From Girardia tigrina (Eukaryota), in assembly GCA_001938485.1 (NCBI GenBank), contig MQRK01228891.1, positions 94,178-158,177 of the forward strand: 64,000 nt of DNA, in the 5' to 3' direction. The notes beneath the pieces were generated by a model. The model did not search any database. It was not told the origin of the DNA and saw only the letters and a list, made by a program, of their open reading frames with translations. Both the position numbers and the translations under genes were made by a program. Positions within the stretch are counted from its first letter, which is position 1. Every line of letters starts with the position of its first letter. Positions 40,515 through 55,500 of the stretch are shown in pieces.

Positions 40515-43500
40515 CTTAAAATTGCTTTAAAAACTTTTGATTTTAAATAATTCATTATTTTATAATTCTTTATAAAAATTAATTGTTTCCAAAATTTTGA
40601 GATTGAGCCCGTCCTTCACACATACTTCCGCCAACGACATATGAAGTCATCAAATGGATTTTCAATGAAATCTGGAGACATTTGATCCAAAAGATTATCG
40701 ACTTCTGTTGCTGTAGGGAAATGGCGGCTCCTAAGACTCTTATTAAGGGTATTAAAAAGTGCCAAATTACTAGGATCCAAATCTAGGTTGTTTGAACAAT
40801 CATTATTCCTTTAGATTAGCATCGTTGCTTGCAATTTGGTCGTGTAGCTCACAATAATATTGATCATTCAATGTCCTTCCTCTAATGAGGAAATCAATTA
40901 TAATTATTACACGATGGTCCCAAAACAAGCCCTAGCTTTAAGTCGATTTAGTCTAACTTGAGGAATGAAGTCCATAACATCCATGTCCAAGATAATATAT
41001 ACTTTCAATATCTTATAATATCTAAATTATCTAGTTTTTAAATATAAAGCTATTTATATCTCTCGAAAGTATAAATATATCAACAATTAGATATATTTGA
41101 ACCATAGGATTTTTTATTTTAGAATAATTTATTGATTTTATTCTGTTTTCAATTGACTGTCGACAACGAAGAGACGTATAACCCTTCTAAATTGAATTAT
41201 ATATCTAAAACCCATCACTTTAAATTAATTAGGTAAGGATAAGTAGCAATAAAACCCAAAAGAAACCTGAAAGCAAAAGAGATTGATGTAATCATCAATC
41301 AAGGACGAATTAGCAAATAAGTTGTTTTAGTTCACAATTTGAATGAGTGTTTCAAGTGACATCTATTGTATTTAATTAATTAAATTTAAATTTAATTAAT
41401 TCAATAGTAATTGAAATTATCTAGAAACTAGAGATCTAAGAAGACCAAAACCGCCGACCTCCGTTTTCGGAAAATACATAATTTGATATAAACTGAGATC
41501 TGATGTTGTTCCTTGCGAATATTTGTCTTCTTCGTGTCTGTTTTATACATCTTTGATCTTGACCGACCAGATTATTCCAAAAACCTTTAGAAAAATTTGA
41601 ATTTTCTAAACAGTTTGACGATATTTAATAACTAAATTCATTTGAAAGCACAAATTATCAAATAAGACCTTTTGATTAAATAATACTAAATAATATAATC
41701 ATATGAAAGTTTTAATATAAATTATATATTATATATAATTATACGGTACGCGACATTTTGACGTGAAAAAAGATTATTTTAGTTAAATTCAATTTTTTAA
41801 TTTATTCCGTAGCGAAATTCCGCGCCACTTTAAATATTCCGGCAGTGGGAGAATTCGCTCATCTGCTTCAACGTATTTTCGTCTTTTGGGAATAGAAGGA
41901 GAACTAGAAGAAAACTCATCATCAAGTTTGTCATTTATTCTCTGTGCTTTCCAAAGACCTTCCATGAATTTCCACATCGTTGGATGTGAGCCATTTTATC
42001 GTTTTTTATAGTTTAAATACAAGTTTTTATTATTTTTACGCTTTATTTTTTCGCGCCAAAATGTTCTGCTCCAATAAATATATATCAAAATAAATCTAAT
42101 AAAAGTTGTCAAATTTTATAATACAAAATCACATTGAGATCGTGTTCTCGAAGAATCAAAAACAGATCGATCATCAACAATTATAAATTTATACAAATTA
42201 ATTAACATAAAAGATCACAAATTGTCATATAATAATAATGCGTTATAATATTGTTAAATATTATTGGTAAATAATGCTATTTCTTATATTAAATAAAAGA
42301 TTTTAAGTCTGCTTTAAATGCCCATTCTGAATGATAATTACAAATTTGTTGGAGTGGGTCTTACCCATAGAGATTCATAGAATTACCCCTCGTAATATAA
42401 ATTAAAACCCTTTGTAAAAGACAGAACTTTATTCTTACAAATCACCCAATGATCAAGAACCTTAATCAATCGACATTAATTTGGGTTTCGAGATTACGAC
42501 AGTCCGTATCAATTAAAATTATATACCAAATTATGTTGTAATCCTCAAATCAGTCTCTGTTAATTAGGAGTGGAAACTTTGCCCATAGGATGTCATTAAA
42601 ACTACTTTACCGCAGCCCATAATTTTATAAACACTCTTTTTAAACATTATAAATCTTTCAGAATATGGAAAATTAATTATTTGTTTGTGCTCATCATTGC
42701 GATTTGTAAATCTTTCTTAATCAGTGTATCAGTATCCAATTTTTCGAATTTAGCTCTAATGTTTTACTCTATTTGTTTGTTTGAATATTTGGAATATTAA
42801 AAAAATTTGATCTTTGATATGAAAATTAAATTACAAATTCAAAACTCTGTAAACTAGAAATTTATCATACTCCTTATCTTTCCTCTCCAAAACTCGTTAA
42901 CGTTGTGTAGAGGCTCTAATCTATTGTCTTTCTACATTATTCAATTTGATATTCCTCATTCGTTCTAGTGGCAAGAATGTTTAGAAAAGAATATGTATTA
43001 TTTACTTCCAGTACCGTAGTACATGTGAGACCATTCCTGAGACATACATATCAGAGGAAGAGATTCCAGGAACATACTCGCAGCGGAGGTGGTAGAAATA
43101 TTGTCTTCATTCTACGTCATCTTTTGAGATCGGAGTCTGACTTCCTGATTGATTAATTTGTGTATCTAGAAATGATAATTTCTTAAGAAATTAAATGTTT
43201 ATATCATCTAATAATTCCTGAATATTTATTATGTCAAAAAACGAACTTTAAAAGTAATTTTGTAGTGACATAAGAGCTGTTGTTCTACCTAGACAAATTT
43301 CTAAACTATTTCTAGACTTTCTATATCATTTAGTTTTTCGTCAAAGCGATTTTGTTAACAATGCATTTTTTCTTTAAAGACGTAATTAGATACATAAAGA
43401 AAATCAATTTGTTCTAAACATGTAAAAAAAGTATAAATATGAGAAGCTTGTTAATTTTCTTTTTGCTGACAAATTTTAATAATTTAGAAATGATTAAAAT

Positions 43501-46500
43501 TTTTAAACATAATTGGATTTTAAAATAATAAATTTGGAATAAATAAATTAATTGGAAATAATAAATTTGAGATATAACAAATATTTAATATGGTAGAATA
43601 AAAAGTTTTCCTAAATTTTAAAATATATTGAATCAATTTAATTTTAGAATAAATTTAATTCGATTTGGATATTATTTTTAAGTTTCAGTTTTAAGAGGTT
43701 TAATGAGAATTTGATTTGTCAAAATAAATGTCGGTGAATTGAATATTAAAAGAAAGTTGAAAATTTGTTTTAAATAAAAATTATTATTTTGTGCTAATAA
43801 AAAAACTAATTATGAATAATTATGAATCCTAATTCAAATATTGAAAATGATATCAATGCAACTAACAATAAGAAAATTATAAATCTTGGAAATTACCAAA
43901 ACCTTAAAGAAACTTTTTTAAGAATTATTTGAAGAGAGTTAAAAAAAATTATACGTCAGTCTTTTGATCCTAATATTAACGTCCAAACTTTACTCAGTAC
44001 AACTTTATTGGGAGTGCAATATTTACGAAGTCGAACAATTAAATAAATTAATATATTCTTCAGAACATTCATTATAATGTATTGCAAACAAAAACATGTA
44101 ATATAATCGGTTTGTATTAGGATTCTCCGGTCACTATGCTGGGATGAGTCCGGCGACTCCCATAAAAGAAGATCATGAAACTCAGGAAAAGATAAAACGG
44201 ATTTTGAATGACGCTAAAATGGCGATGGCATCGACAAATAATAGCCAACAAACGAATGTGGAAGACGAAGTAAATAATAATTTTATTGTATGTAATTGTT
44301 GATTTTTAACTCTTGTAGTTATATAACTATACGAAACCAAACGACTCTATTCAGAATAATCAGTCAAATGAGTGCTCTCAAATCTCATATATGACATGCA
44401 ATCCAGTAACAGCCGTTTCAACAGATGCTACATCCAATGTTTTAGAGTTCGACATCAGTCAATTACAGAAGAAGATCGCGGCTCTACAGTCAACTGTTAT
44501 TTCCGGATCTGTGGTGACAGATTCTTTGCCACAAATCTCCGCTTCTTTGAACTGTCAACAATCACCACTCATTTTAATGAATTTTGCCAATATCGTTCCA
44601 TCATCATTAGTAATGAATTCAATTTCCCAAAATAACCCTTCTTTGGTACCGATAGTTCCTAATACTCAAATTTCTTCAAATAAAGCTATATCAGATACCA
44701 ATGATATTAAAAGTGAACCTGTAATAAATCAAAGTTATGGTTCGGATAATTCGGATGGCGGGAAGGGCAGCTTGGTTAATGAAAATAAAGCAACAATGTT
44801 AGAAAATAATTTGGAAATGGTATGTACAATCTTCTATTCAATTTTTAGTCATTATTTCTAATGGTATTCCTTAATAAATTTTAATAAACAAAAAATTAAA
44901 ATGGAGACAGTCAAAAACCTGTTTCTGTGGGGTCATTTTATGCGTGTTTTTATGCTTCTTTAACCCCTAAACGCGTAAACTCGAGTACGGTTCGGGTACG
45001 GTTTACTGGCAAATTTTTTCAAGCCCAAGCTGAACTATGGAATCAAAAGTGTTTGTATAACTTTGTTTCACCTTTTCACCCAAGTTGATCTGGACGAGGG
45101 AGCCTGTTTAGTCGCCAACCATTCGACGATGGGACAAGTATTACATGTTTACATGGTACCTGTAGCAGACATCTAGCGTAACCTGACTTGTAGTCAAGTA
45201 TTGTATTCATGTATTAAATAATATTAATACATTAATGATCAGCAATAAAAATGATTTTTGGGCCGTTTTAGGGAATACTAAATGCGCTTTAATGAGTTAA
45301 AATGAATAATCGTAACAAAGAAAAGTGAAAAGAAAGACAATATTAGAAACTAAACAAATTAAATTAAAATGATCATAAAGTTTATTGCATATTTGGAATG
45401 GCGATGAGAAAAATGAAATTAAATCAAAAAAATTTTAATAAAAGAATATTTTGTTTAAATAAATAAGCGACTGAAAAACTTTAAAAAAATGACAAATGGA
45501 ATATATAAACGTTGAATGTGGATTTTCTTATTGGATAAATGTTAATTGGTGTAATATCGCCTTTTCTCTTTCCTTCGCGATCTAGTATTTTATTACATAT
45601 GTTAATGAACTGTGACAATTATCGAATAATGCAATCGATCCACTCAGATATTTCACCGCACCACTCAAGGGAATGTCACACGATTACCTCGAGCGTACGT
45701 TCTGGGCGGTTCGACGAATTAAGCGGATCTATAACCAACCAAGATATAAACAATCGCTATATATATATGCCAACCCGGAACGCATGGAGAATGGACGCTC
45801 ACAGAGTGCTCGGGCTACTTCTCCGACCGGCGATACTCCGCACAATCAAGAGGTGCTGAGCACTGCCACGTTGTTCGGCGCGACAGCACATCAAAGATAA
45901 AAACTACTTAACTAAATACAAGTAAAAAATGCATATCCTTATAACGACACTTATGGCACTTTTATAAAATGTATTAAATAATAATATGTAAATATTTAGA
46001 CCAAAAATTTTAAAATAAGTTCGAACAGATACTTTACCAAAACTAGAGCGTAGAATTTTTACAATTTTTTATTCAATAATTTAGTACAAATTTAAATATG
46101 CATTTTAATATTATATTGATTGTTATATTTAATCATCCTTACAAAACCTCTCATATTCGTTGATAATTTATATTTCAATTTTTAAATAATTAATAAATGA
46201 CGCTAAAATAAATAAATAAATCGTCAACCCTCGGATGTTTAGGAATCGTTAATTTATTTTACAAAAATAAAATAATCAAACCGGGTACTGAATTCCAAAG
46301 ATAAAAGTAAATATATGTTTTCAATATTAATTTGTTAAATATTTACTCAATATTTACTCAGGAATCAAACGAGTTCCTTGAAAAACTCATGTTTGAACAA
46401 ATGCGGCAAATGTTTATAAATTATTAAATATAATTGTTTTAACAGAATTTTATTTACTTTATTGGAAATTTTAATTTTTTTCTATTGCAGAATTTATTGT

Positions 46501-49500
46501 CCGACCATTTTGATTCCAAAGCCCTCCATAACATCAACCATAAATCTTCTATAGAGCAAGAATCATTTGAAAAGTTACTTAAATCTTTTATGAATCCGAC
46601 TAAATTTTCCGAAGATTCTTTATCAAATGAGGAAATTAATACCAATGCTCTTGTAAACATGATCAAGGAGCATTTGACTAAAAACTCAATCAGTCAAAGA
46701 ACATTTGGATGTCTCTTAGGTGATAATTTTTGGATAAATTTATCGTTTTTTATTTCATCCTTTATTTTCTGATCTCGGTCTTATACTACTCGTGCAACCA
46801 ATTTTTTCAAAAAAATATAACACATATGAATAGGCGTCATTCATGACAAATCAAGCATACTGATTGCGCTGACAATATTAAAAAGTTTCTAGCACGTCAA
46901 ATTTAGAAGTTTTAACCGTTTTATATATGTATTGGAATGTAAATTACAGGAAAATGCTTGTTATTAACATTTATGGATTATCAACTGTTTTCAGTTGTCG
47001 GTGGTTGGAAATATTGGCTAGATCTTGACTTCCTCTTGTGAAGAACATTAACCTCCCTTTGCAGTCCCTTCGCCCATCATATTAGGACTGTACTTCACTT
47101 TGTAATGATTTTTCATAACTAAGATGTATTGATGGAAACGTTCATCTTGTCCATCACTAACGTCGGCCAGGTTACGCGGTAAGAAGTCTATGTGGGAGTG
47201 CTGAAAATTCATTTCGAGTGACGTTCGGGTTCCCATCGTCTTGTAATCAGCAAGCATCTTTGTCACCAACAGCTTATAGTCATCAGATTTCCTTTTGCCA
47301 AGAAATTCGTCGACAACAGATCTAAAGGACAGCCATGTTTCCAATTCCAATTCGATCAGTTTCATTTCAAAAGCCTGCAAAAAACGTCTCATATTTGCGG
47401 ACCATTAAAAATACCCTACCTTATTTTAGAATCACTTAATTTTGGGAACTTCTGATGCAGATAGTGGAAACCATTTCCATCTTTTTTCAAAACCTTTACA
47501 AAGTTCTTTTTATTAAACCAAGTTTAATGTGTAAAGGTTGATAAATACACATTGTCTGGGTTAACTAGAAGGTTTTTTTTGACATTCATCCTTCCTGACA
47601 TTTAGTTGTTGAATAATGCTTTCCGGTTGCACAAATAAACAAAGAAAGCAACAAAAAATTCACAAAAATTATATTTACTTCCCATAGTACTTTTTCAAGG
47701 CAACTTCGGTAATATTTGCACTCTTACTTGTTTTTATATGATTTTTACTTGTGCGACTTTTTGTGCTATTTTATATGTAGTTTCAAAAAATATTTTTTTA
47801 TGAACAATGTCTAAAAAATCGCATAAAAACAGGTTTGAGTGTAAATGGTATGGAAGAATTATTGTCACTAATAGAAAAAAAGTGGGTATAAAAAGAAATA
47901 TTTCAAAAATTTTATTAGTACTTATCAATGTATTTCGATTGATCAACCTTCATCGTCACTGACTAAATTTTTGATTCATTTACATATAATATTATATGTT
48001 TTATGTTACACCGAATTTTTGTAGTTACACAAATTCAGCATCATCCTCACGCGCGCACACACACACACACATATATATACTCTTTTATTTATTCATAAAT
48101 ACAGGAAATAAAAGATTTCATGTTACTAATTTTTTATTCGATAACAATATATGTTCCGCTATTACGGCATCATCAGTTGTCAGTTTATTTCAGAAAACAA
48201 GTCATTTACATTGATTATTGCACAATTTATCATTTTTAAAGAACTTAAATATGATTGGACAACTGACTTTGGAAATTTAAGCATGGTTTTAAATGCTTTA
48301 TTAATAATGCATCAGTGACTATCCTCGCATGATATGTGCAAAACATTTTCTTCAAAACTAAAAATTAAGACTCATAGTTAATACTATCTCTATTTTTGCA
48401 TTTTTTTAATGTGGTTGAGAATAGAGCTATTCCTACTCAATTTGGTGTGTTCAGCTATTCTAGAGCGAAGATACCAATTTGTTTCTCCAATGTACAAGGA
48501 TTCACACTTGTGACATTTAAATTGATATACTAGATTAGTGTTTGCTTTATTTGAGAAATATATTGACAGTTTATTCGTTATAAAATTACCCGGAAGTTAA
48601 AACCCGGGTAAATCCTTATTTTAACTCGGCAAATGACTTTTTCTTTCATTTTACATAATTTTTATTTAGGAATATAACTTATAGTATAAAAATATTTCTT
48701 CTTTATATAATTTAAGTTCTAACAAATAGAAAACTTTATATAATTATTGTAAATTGTTTTATTGTTTTACAAAATTAAATTAAAACTTGTTTAGATATAT
48801 ATTTTCATTTAGGTTTATCCCAAGGAAGTATATCGGATATTTTGTCCAGACCGAAGCCATGGTCATTATTAACAAACAAAGGAAGAGAACCTTACATAAG
48901 AATGTTAAAATATCTTTTTAAACCGAGTACTTTCAAAGTGGCCGATAATGGAACAAATAAAATTGACAATACCAAATTGGATTTTCAAACTTTTTCCAGC
49001 CACTCTCCGCCCAATTCGTCCTCAAGTCCCGTGTCCGCCACTGAATCCAGAGAATTCGATAGAAATAAAAGTTTTATTACAGATGCAAATCATGAATCAA
49101 ACACTTTAAACAATACTGAAAATATAATATCTTATCCGGATAATGAGAGTTATACAGTTTCGAGATCGTGTTCAACTGAAGAACGAGAATACGATAGTTT
49201 GGATGAAGATATGGTGAATATGAATGGAGAATTATGTGGAAGAGAGATCACAAGCTTTGATCAATTAGATCTAGAAGATTGGAAATTTGATGATTGTAAA
49301 GAAAAAATATTCAATTTAGCCCGAAGAATCGTTAATTTAGACACCACGTCCATAAGTAATGCAGTTAAAGAAATACTTATCGCTAATAACCTTGGTCAGA
49401 AGCTCTTTGGTGAATGCATTTTAAATCTTAGCCAAGGTTCTGTCAGTGAAATATTATCAAAACCAAAGTTGTGGAATCAATTAAGTTTTAAAGGTAAAGA

Positions 49501-52500
49501 ACCGTATATTCGAATGCAGTTATGGCTCAGGCAACCTGACAAACTTAATATATTATTAAATAGTCAAAACAATCATAAATATAAACAAAGTAAGTTTAAA
49601 ATCTTCAAGGGCTTTTGTAATTTACTTGGAAAGTTAATTAAATAAAACATTAAGGCGTCTAAATTTTTTGTTTGTATATTTGTATATTTGGGGTCATTTG
49701 TTTATATTAGGTCGTCAAGTATGAAATTCGTAGAACTACAGCCAAATTAATTAATAATTTACCAATACAAATATTTATGTCATTCATAAAAGTATGCAAC
49801 CATATTATTGACACCCTTTTGCTATTTGAGTAGCCGATCGTTGAGGATATTTGAATGAAAAGTTGGTGGACGAGAATCTATAATTTCTTCGGAGTAGAAT
49901 TTTTTTACTATCAAAAGGTTGTTCGAATTGAGGAAAAATGGTAATCAGAAGGGGTTAGGTCTGATGAGTATGTAGGATGACAGAAGCTTCAACTCAATTT
50001 CCTGTAGTTTTGTCTCGGTCTTAAGTGCAGTATATTGTTTTGAAGTCGACATGTTTACCAAACGCGGCTGTTTTTCTTTGAGTTTCTGCATCATATCTTT
50101 CAATAAGTTGCAGTAGACATCTGCTGTGATCAACGAAGTCAAAATACGGTTTCATGAAGTCAAAATCAATTGCTCCTGCTGTAGACCACCAAAAATTCAC
50201 CATCAGCTTCTTTTGATGAATTTTTTGCTTTGGACTGTGTTTTGTGGTTTGATGTATGTCCATTTAGCTTGCTGAACGTTTACAATTATAATATTGGATC
50301 TACTTTTTATCACAAGGGACGATTCGATTAGGACAGTGATCACATTTATAACGAGAAATCATCCTCAGGCAAGCATCCAAACTCTTTTGTTTCTGCTTTT
50401 CATTCAACTCGTGTGAAATTCGCCTATCCAACGTTTTCACTTTACCAATTAAAGACAAGTGATTCAATATTATTTACTTTATAACAGTAAATGTAGGTGA
50501 AAAATCATGAGCAATTTGTGATCGATTCGAATACACGGTTACCTTCAGTTCGTCATTATCTACCTGCGTTACTGGGAAACTCCGAGACTCATTTGTTGAG
50601 GTTAAAATTACCTCTTACAAATTTCTGGAACCAATATGAGACTGTCTGCTGTGTAAAATCTGCTGTGGAACACACTATTGATATTTAGCATGGTTTCTGA
50701 TGCTGTTCCAAGTAAAAACATTTACTTCATAATAGTTCGAATTTCTGCCTTTTCCATTTTTTAAAATAATGATTATCAAAAAATGTTATCAATAGTTTTA
50801 GTTAATTCTTATTAGTGTGTTCAAGAGCCAAGATGTGTAACAATCAAATAAAAATAAACGAAAAGCAAAATGTTACGTCTTTGTCAAATTATAACTACTT
50901 GAATTTATTGTAATCATACCTACAAATTTCATTCTTGACAACCTAATATATTTGCAACTATAAAAAGACTTACGCTTAATTTCTTTTGAAAATTTTGTTA
51001 CATGATAATTTTCTGACTTTTCCACGTTTTGGTCGAAAAGCAAATTATCATGGTACTATTATTTATTAAATTATTTTGTAAACTTGTCCACTACTAACAA
51101 ACATCATCAAGAGTTTGTGTTCACGTAAAAAATTCTTGGACTCCTTGAATAATATTTTTGAACGTTTTTGCGGGAAATCTTACATTATTTTCAAAATTTT
51201 ATGAATCTGCTGTTTAATCGTACTCAAACCAGGTTAATGTAAAATATGCATGATATTCAGATATGTACATTGTACTTTGTACATCGCGCAATCAATTGTA
51301 GATTATTCAAGTTTTAACTAAAAATCCTTACTTAAATATCTAGTGCTATGCAACTTGTATATCCTTTCCTCCATTTTTGGTACTAGGAATGCTTCTTTTC
51401 TGTTCATCTGTATGAAATCTATACACAATCAAATCGATACTTAGTCATTTTTTAATATGCATACCAGTGGTTTATTCAATGGTGAACTACAAGGTCGAAT
51501 ATTACCACTATCATATAAGTTCTTCATAGCTTCCTCCAAAATAGGTTCTAAATGCAATGGTTGTCTTCTTGGCTTGATATTTATAGGTGCACCTTTCGTA
51601 TTTATTGCGTGTTTTAGAAAATGAGTCCAACAGATTTCAGATTCGTTTGCCATAAATATATTCCTGTATCACTGACAATTTCTTTTAATATAAGTCATTT
51701 TGTAGTTTGACACATTCCATTGCTCGTTTTGCCCCACATTTTGCTTCTCGCTCATAAAAGTGATATAATATCTCTATTGGGTTAGTTTCTATACTTTGTA
51801 ATTATATTCCAAATCTTTTCTGAAATGCGACTCCTATCATTTCTGATTGTAAGTCTTCTACTACTACGAATTTGACCTTTCCTATCCTCTATTCTATCTG
51901 GAACAAAAGCCAAGGAATGGACAACAACAGCGCGGAACTAATTCAGAATGGAGGCGAAAATGCAGTGACCATTCTCCATGCAATATGCAACAAAATTTTA
52001 AAAAGTGGAGTTTGGCCGTCACAATGGACTGAATCTATCCTCATACCAATACCGAAGAAAGCAAATAGTAAAAAGTGCAGCGACTTTAGAACGATTAGTT
52101 TGATCAGTCACGCATCAAAGTTTACGTTGAAAGTGTTACAAAGAAGAATCACACCGAAAGTGGAGCAAGTTCTTAGCGAGATGCAGGCAGGCTTCAGAAG
52201 AGACCGCAACACTACGGAGCAGATAACCAACTTAAGACTAATTTGTGAGAAAACAAGAGACCACAAACGGATAATTTGTCATAACTTTATAGATTTCAAA
52301 AAAGCTTTTGACAGGGTGTGGCACGAAGCACAATGAATAAACAGAACATAGGAAAACATATCACGAATATTATTAAGAACCTTTACGAAGATGCAAAGAC
52401 AAAAGTGTTGACAAGTGAGCAATTTAGCGACTGGTTTAAATCATCAGTAGGAGTAAGACAAGGTTGCATTCTTTCACCAACACTGTTCAACCTTTTTCTT

Positions 52501-55500
52501 GAGAGAATTGTTATGGAAGCAATAGAAGATCTAGACGATGTTGGAATAAGCTGCGGAGGAACAAGAATAACCAACCTACAATTTGCTGATGATATAGACC
52601 TAATCGGCAAAGATGAGGTAGAGATTCAGGAACTCACGAACAGATTACACAAAGCGTCAAACAATTTCGGAATGGAAATCAGCAGATAAAAAAGCAAAGT
52701 AATGGTTTCAGGAAACCATAACAACGAGGTTAAACTGGAGATTTTCATTGAATGGGAGGAGCTGGAACAAGTAAGGAGTTTCAAATATTCAGGCTCTACT
52801 ATCACAGAGAATGGGGGAAGCGAAGAAGAAATCAGAAGCCGGATTGGTATATCAACAAGCGCAATGATTAAGCTTAGCACAGTTTTTAACTTCAAAGAAA
52901 TCCATCTCAAGAGCAGATTGAAGATCACTAAGGCTGTTGTCTGGGCAACACTCCTCTATGGATGCGAGAGTGGGACAATAAATCATAAGAGTATAGATAT
53001 GCTTAAAGCGTTTGAAATAAAGTGCTACAGGAGAATACTGAAGATCACGTGGAAAGAAAAGAAGACAAATGACTTTGTTTGGAGGAGAGTGACAGAAATA
53101 CTGGGTAAAAGACCGGAATCAATAGAAGAGATCATCAAGAGAGGGAAGCTGAAATTCTACGGTCATCAAATAAGAAAGCAAGCATTAGCAAAGGTTATGA
53201 TTGAGGGAAGAGTAGAAGGAGAAAGACCAAGAGGAAGACCAAAGAGGCAATGGATGAACGATTTAAAAGAATGGACTGGACTGAGTATGGAATGTCTCAG
53301 AAAAGAAACTACAAATAGAAAGATGTGGCGAAGGCTTGTTTATAATTGGGTGCACCCACGGCCCAACGACTAAGGTCAAAAGAAGAAGAAGAAGATTCTA
53401 TCTGGAAAATCGTATCGATCTCTCCTACTAATCCAATTTATGTCCCGTTTGCGGCTGTTTATTTCTGGTATATTTTTTCAACTCTGCATCCTGAAACTTC
53501 CTTGCTAATTTTGCAAAAATAATATTTAATGCTGCTCATGAGTCCAATATATACATTCAATCGTTTTCCTTTCAATCGTTACTGTTATGTTTAAAAGCGA
53601 TTATTGTCCAAGTAGCTTATCATATAATATCTCTGTCGTTCCTCATTCACTAGTTATCATAATTTTCAGTATACTATCGTCACTATCTTCCATACTTGAT
53701 TTCCTTTCAGACGCAAAAACTTTTTTATTGTATTCTGTTCGTACTATTTGGGCGTCTCCCTTATGACAGTGCTCGTCTTCTTATCCTTATTTTCTTTATC
53801 ATAACTGTCATTGCGTTCCTCATCTTTCATCTCATCATTATCATAATTATAAGTATAATTTTGTAGTTTGACACATTCCATTGCTCGTTTTGCCCCAAAT
53901 TTTGCTTGTCGCTCATAAAAGTGATATGATATCTCTATTCTGAACTGAGTGGTTCTCCCAAGTTTTCTCATGGAATCTGTCCTTATATTTTCCGTCATTC
54001 GAGTGAGATTTTTTTAAAGGCTATCCTTTTAAAACATATCCTTTTGTTTTTGAGTAAGGCGGTGTCCTTGGCGCAAACATCTGGTGCATGTTAAGTTTGG
54101 AAGGTTTCTTCTTATATGCCATTCTTTGTGGCATCCAGAACTTAACTTTCTTCTTCAATTTTGAAACTGATAATTCATATGCCACTTTGTTATACTATTG
54201 TCGATTCTGTCATTATTTCTGACAGGTGATCCTTTGATTAAGTTAAAACAATAGCAATACCATTTTAAATATACTTCGACGGTTTTACCGTTATCTCCAC
54301 ATCAATGATTATTCGTTTTTTTTATCGCTTGTATATGTAAAACCAATGACTATGTTAATCTAATACGTAAAATTATTCGAAAACTCTTTATTAATTTATA
54401 CAAATACCAACTCTTCATATATCAGTCTTAAAAAGCTTATATTCAGTGATCTGAAGATGATGGTTAAACCTTCGAAATATATTATCATAAAATATATTTT
54501 AAAATGGCGTTCGTATCGTTTTATCAAAAATTGCTATTATTTTTAAAATTTATTTTATATATTAATTTAACATTTTATTTATTCATTTGATTTAAAAACA
54601 TTAATGATACATATTTTTGTAAATAATTTCATTTTGTTATTTTTACGAATTGTAGAAAAGTTACAATTTTTACAATATTTTCGTTTCAAAAAAAAAGAAT
54701 ACAACTGAATATTAGATCATTATAAAATTTATTTATCAAAATTTTCTCAATAACTTGTAAGGGATTCTAAGGATTTAAAAAATATTTCCAAAATAACTAA
54801 ATTCTGAGGACATCCACAATTATGTTTTTAAAAAATTATTCATTTTTTTAGAATTATAAATTCAGAAAATTTTATGAATTTTGATTTTAGTATTTTCTGA
54901 AATTAGTTTCAGTCTCTTCATTCCAGAAGTCTGTATAATCTATCAAACTACATTTTATTCTATAAAACATAAAACATTTGCATCTGCCACATTCCGCAAT
55001 CGACCAAAGAGTCAGTTCATGCTGTTTGAATAAACGTCAAGTCTTTGGCAGCAAAACTCTGAACAATATTCTTTTTGACATCATATCATTTGCAAAGCGT
55101 TGATTGGCCAGGACATTTCATAACGACGGAAAAAGATGATAATACAGGTGCTGTACAGCTGATGTTGCAGAAACTCCCTGTCAACTTGTCTTGTTTGCAA
55201 TATGCGATCGTACGTTTTCGTTGAGCAATAACAACCTTTTTCTGTTTCTCAATTCTGCTCAATTGCCAGGAACGCTTGATGAACAATGGCAATTTGATCA
55301 CCATGCACATCAAATATATTCCCGTGTATTCTACCAGATTGTCACCATAATTTTTATCTAATGAATATCTTTATTCACATGTGTTCCTCAAGTGCTCATT
55401 CATATTTTCATTATCACTGGTTACTCGAATAAGTAAATAATTGTAAGTGGTAAAATGAATCATTTTGTTGTTGTCACTCAATTTGTGTCATAGCAGTTTG

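Noticed and set aside
44960-45300. piggyBac-like MITE (TTAA-CCCC...GAG-TTAA)
   Set aside because: Terminal repeats match poorly; plausible but unsupported.
46362-46427. Possible extra cux exon (ctcag|GAATCAAAC..., ESNEFLEKLMFEQMRQ)
   Set aside because: No phase-0 donor before the in-frame TAA; 44819 splices to 46491 in frame without it.
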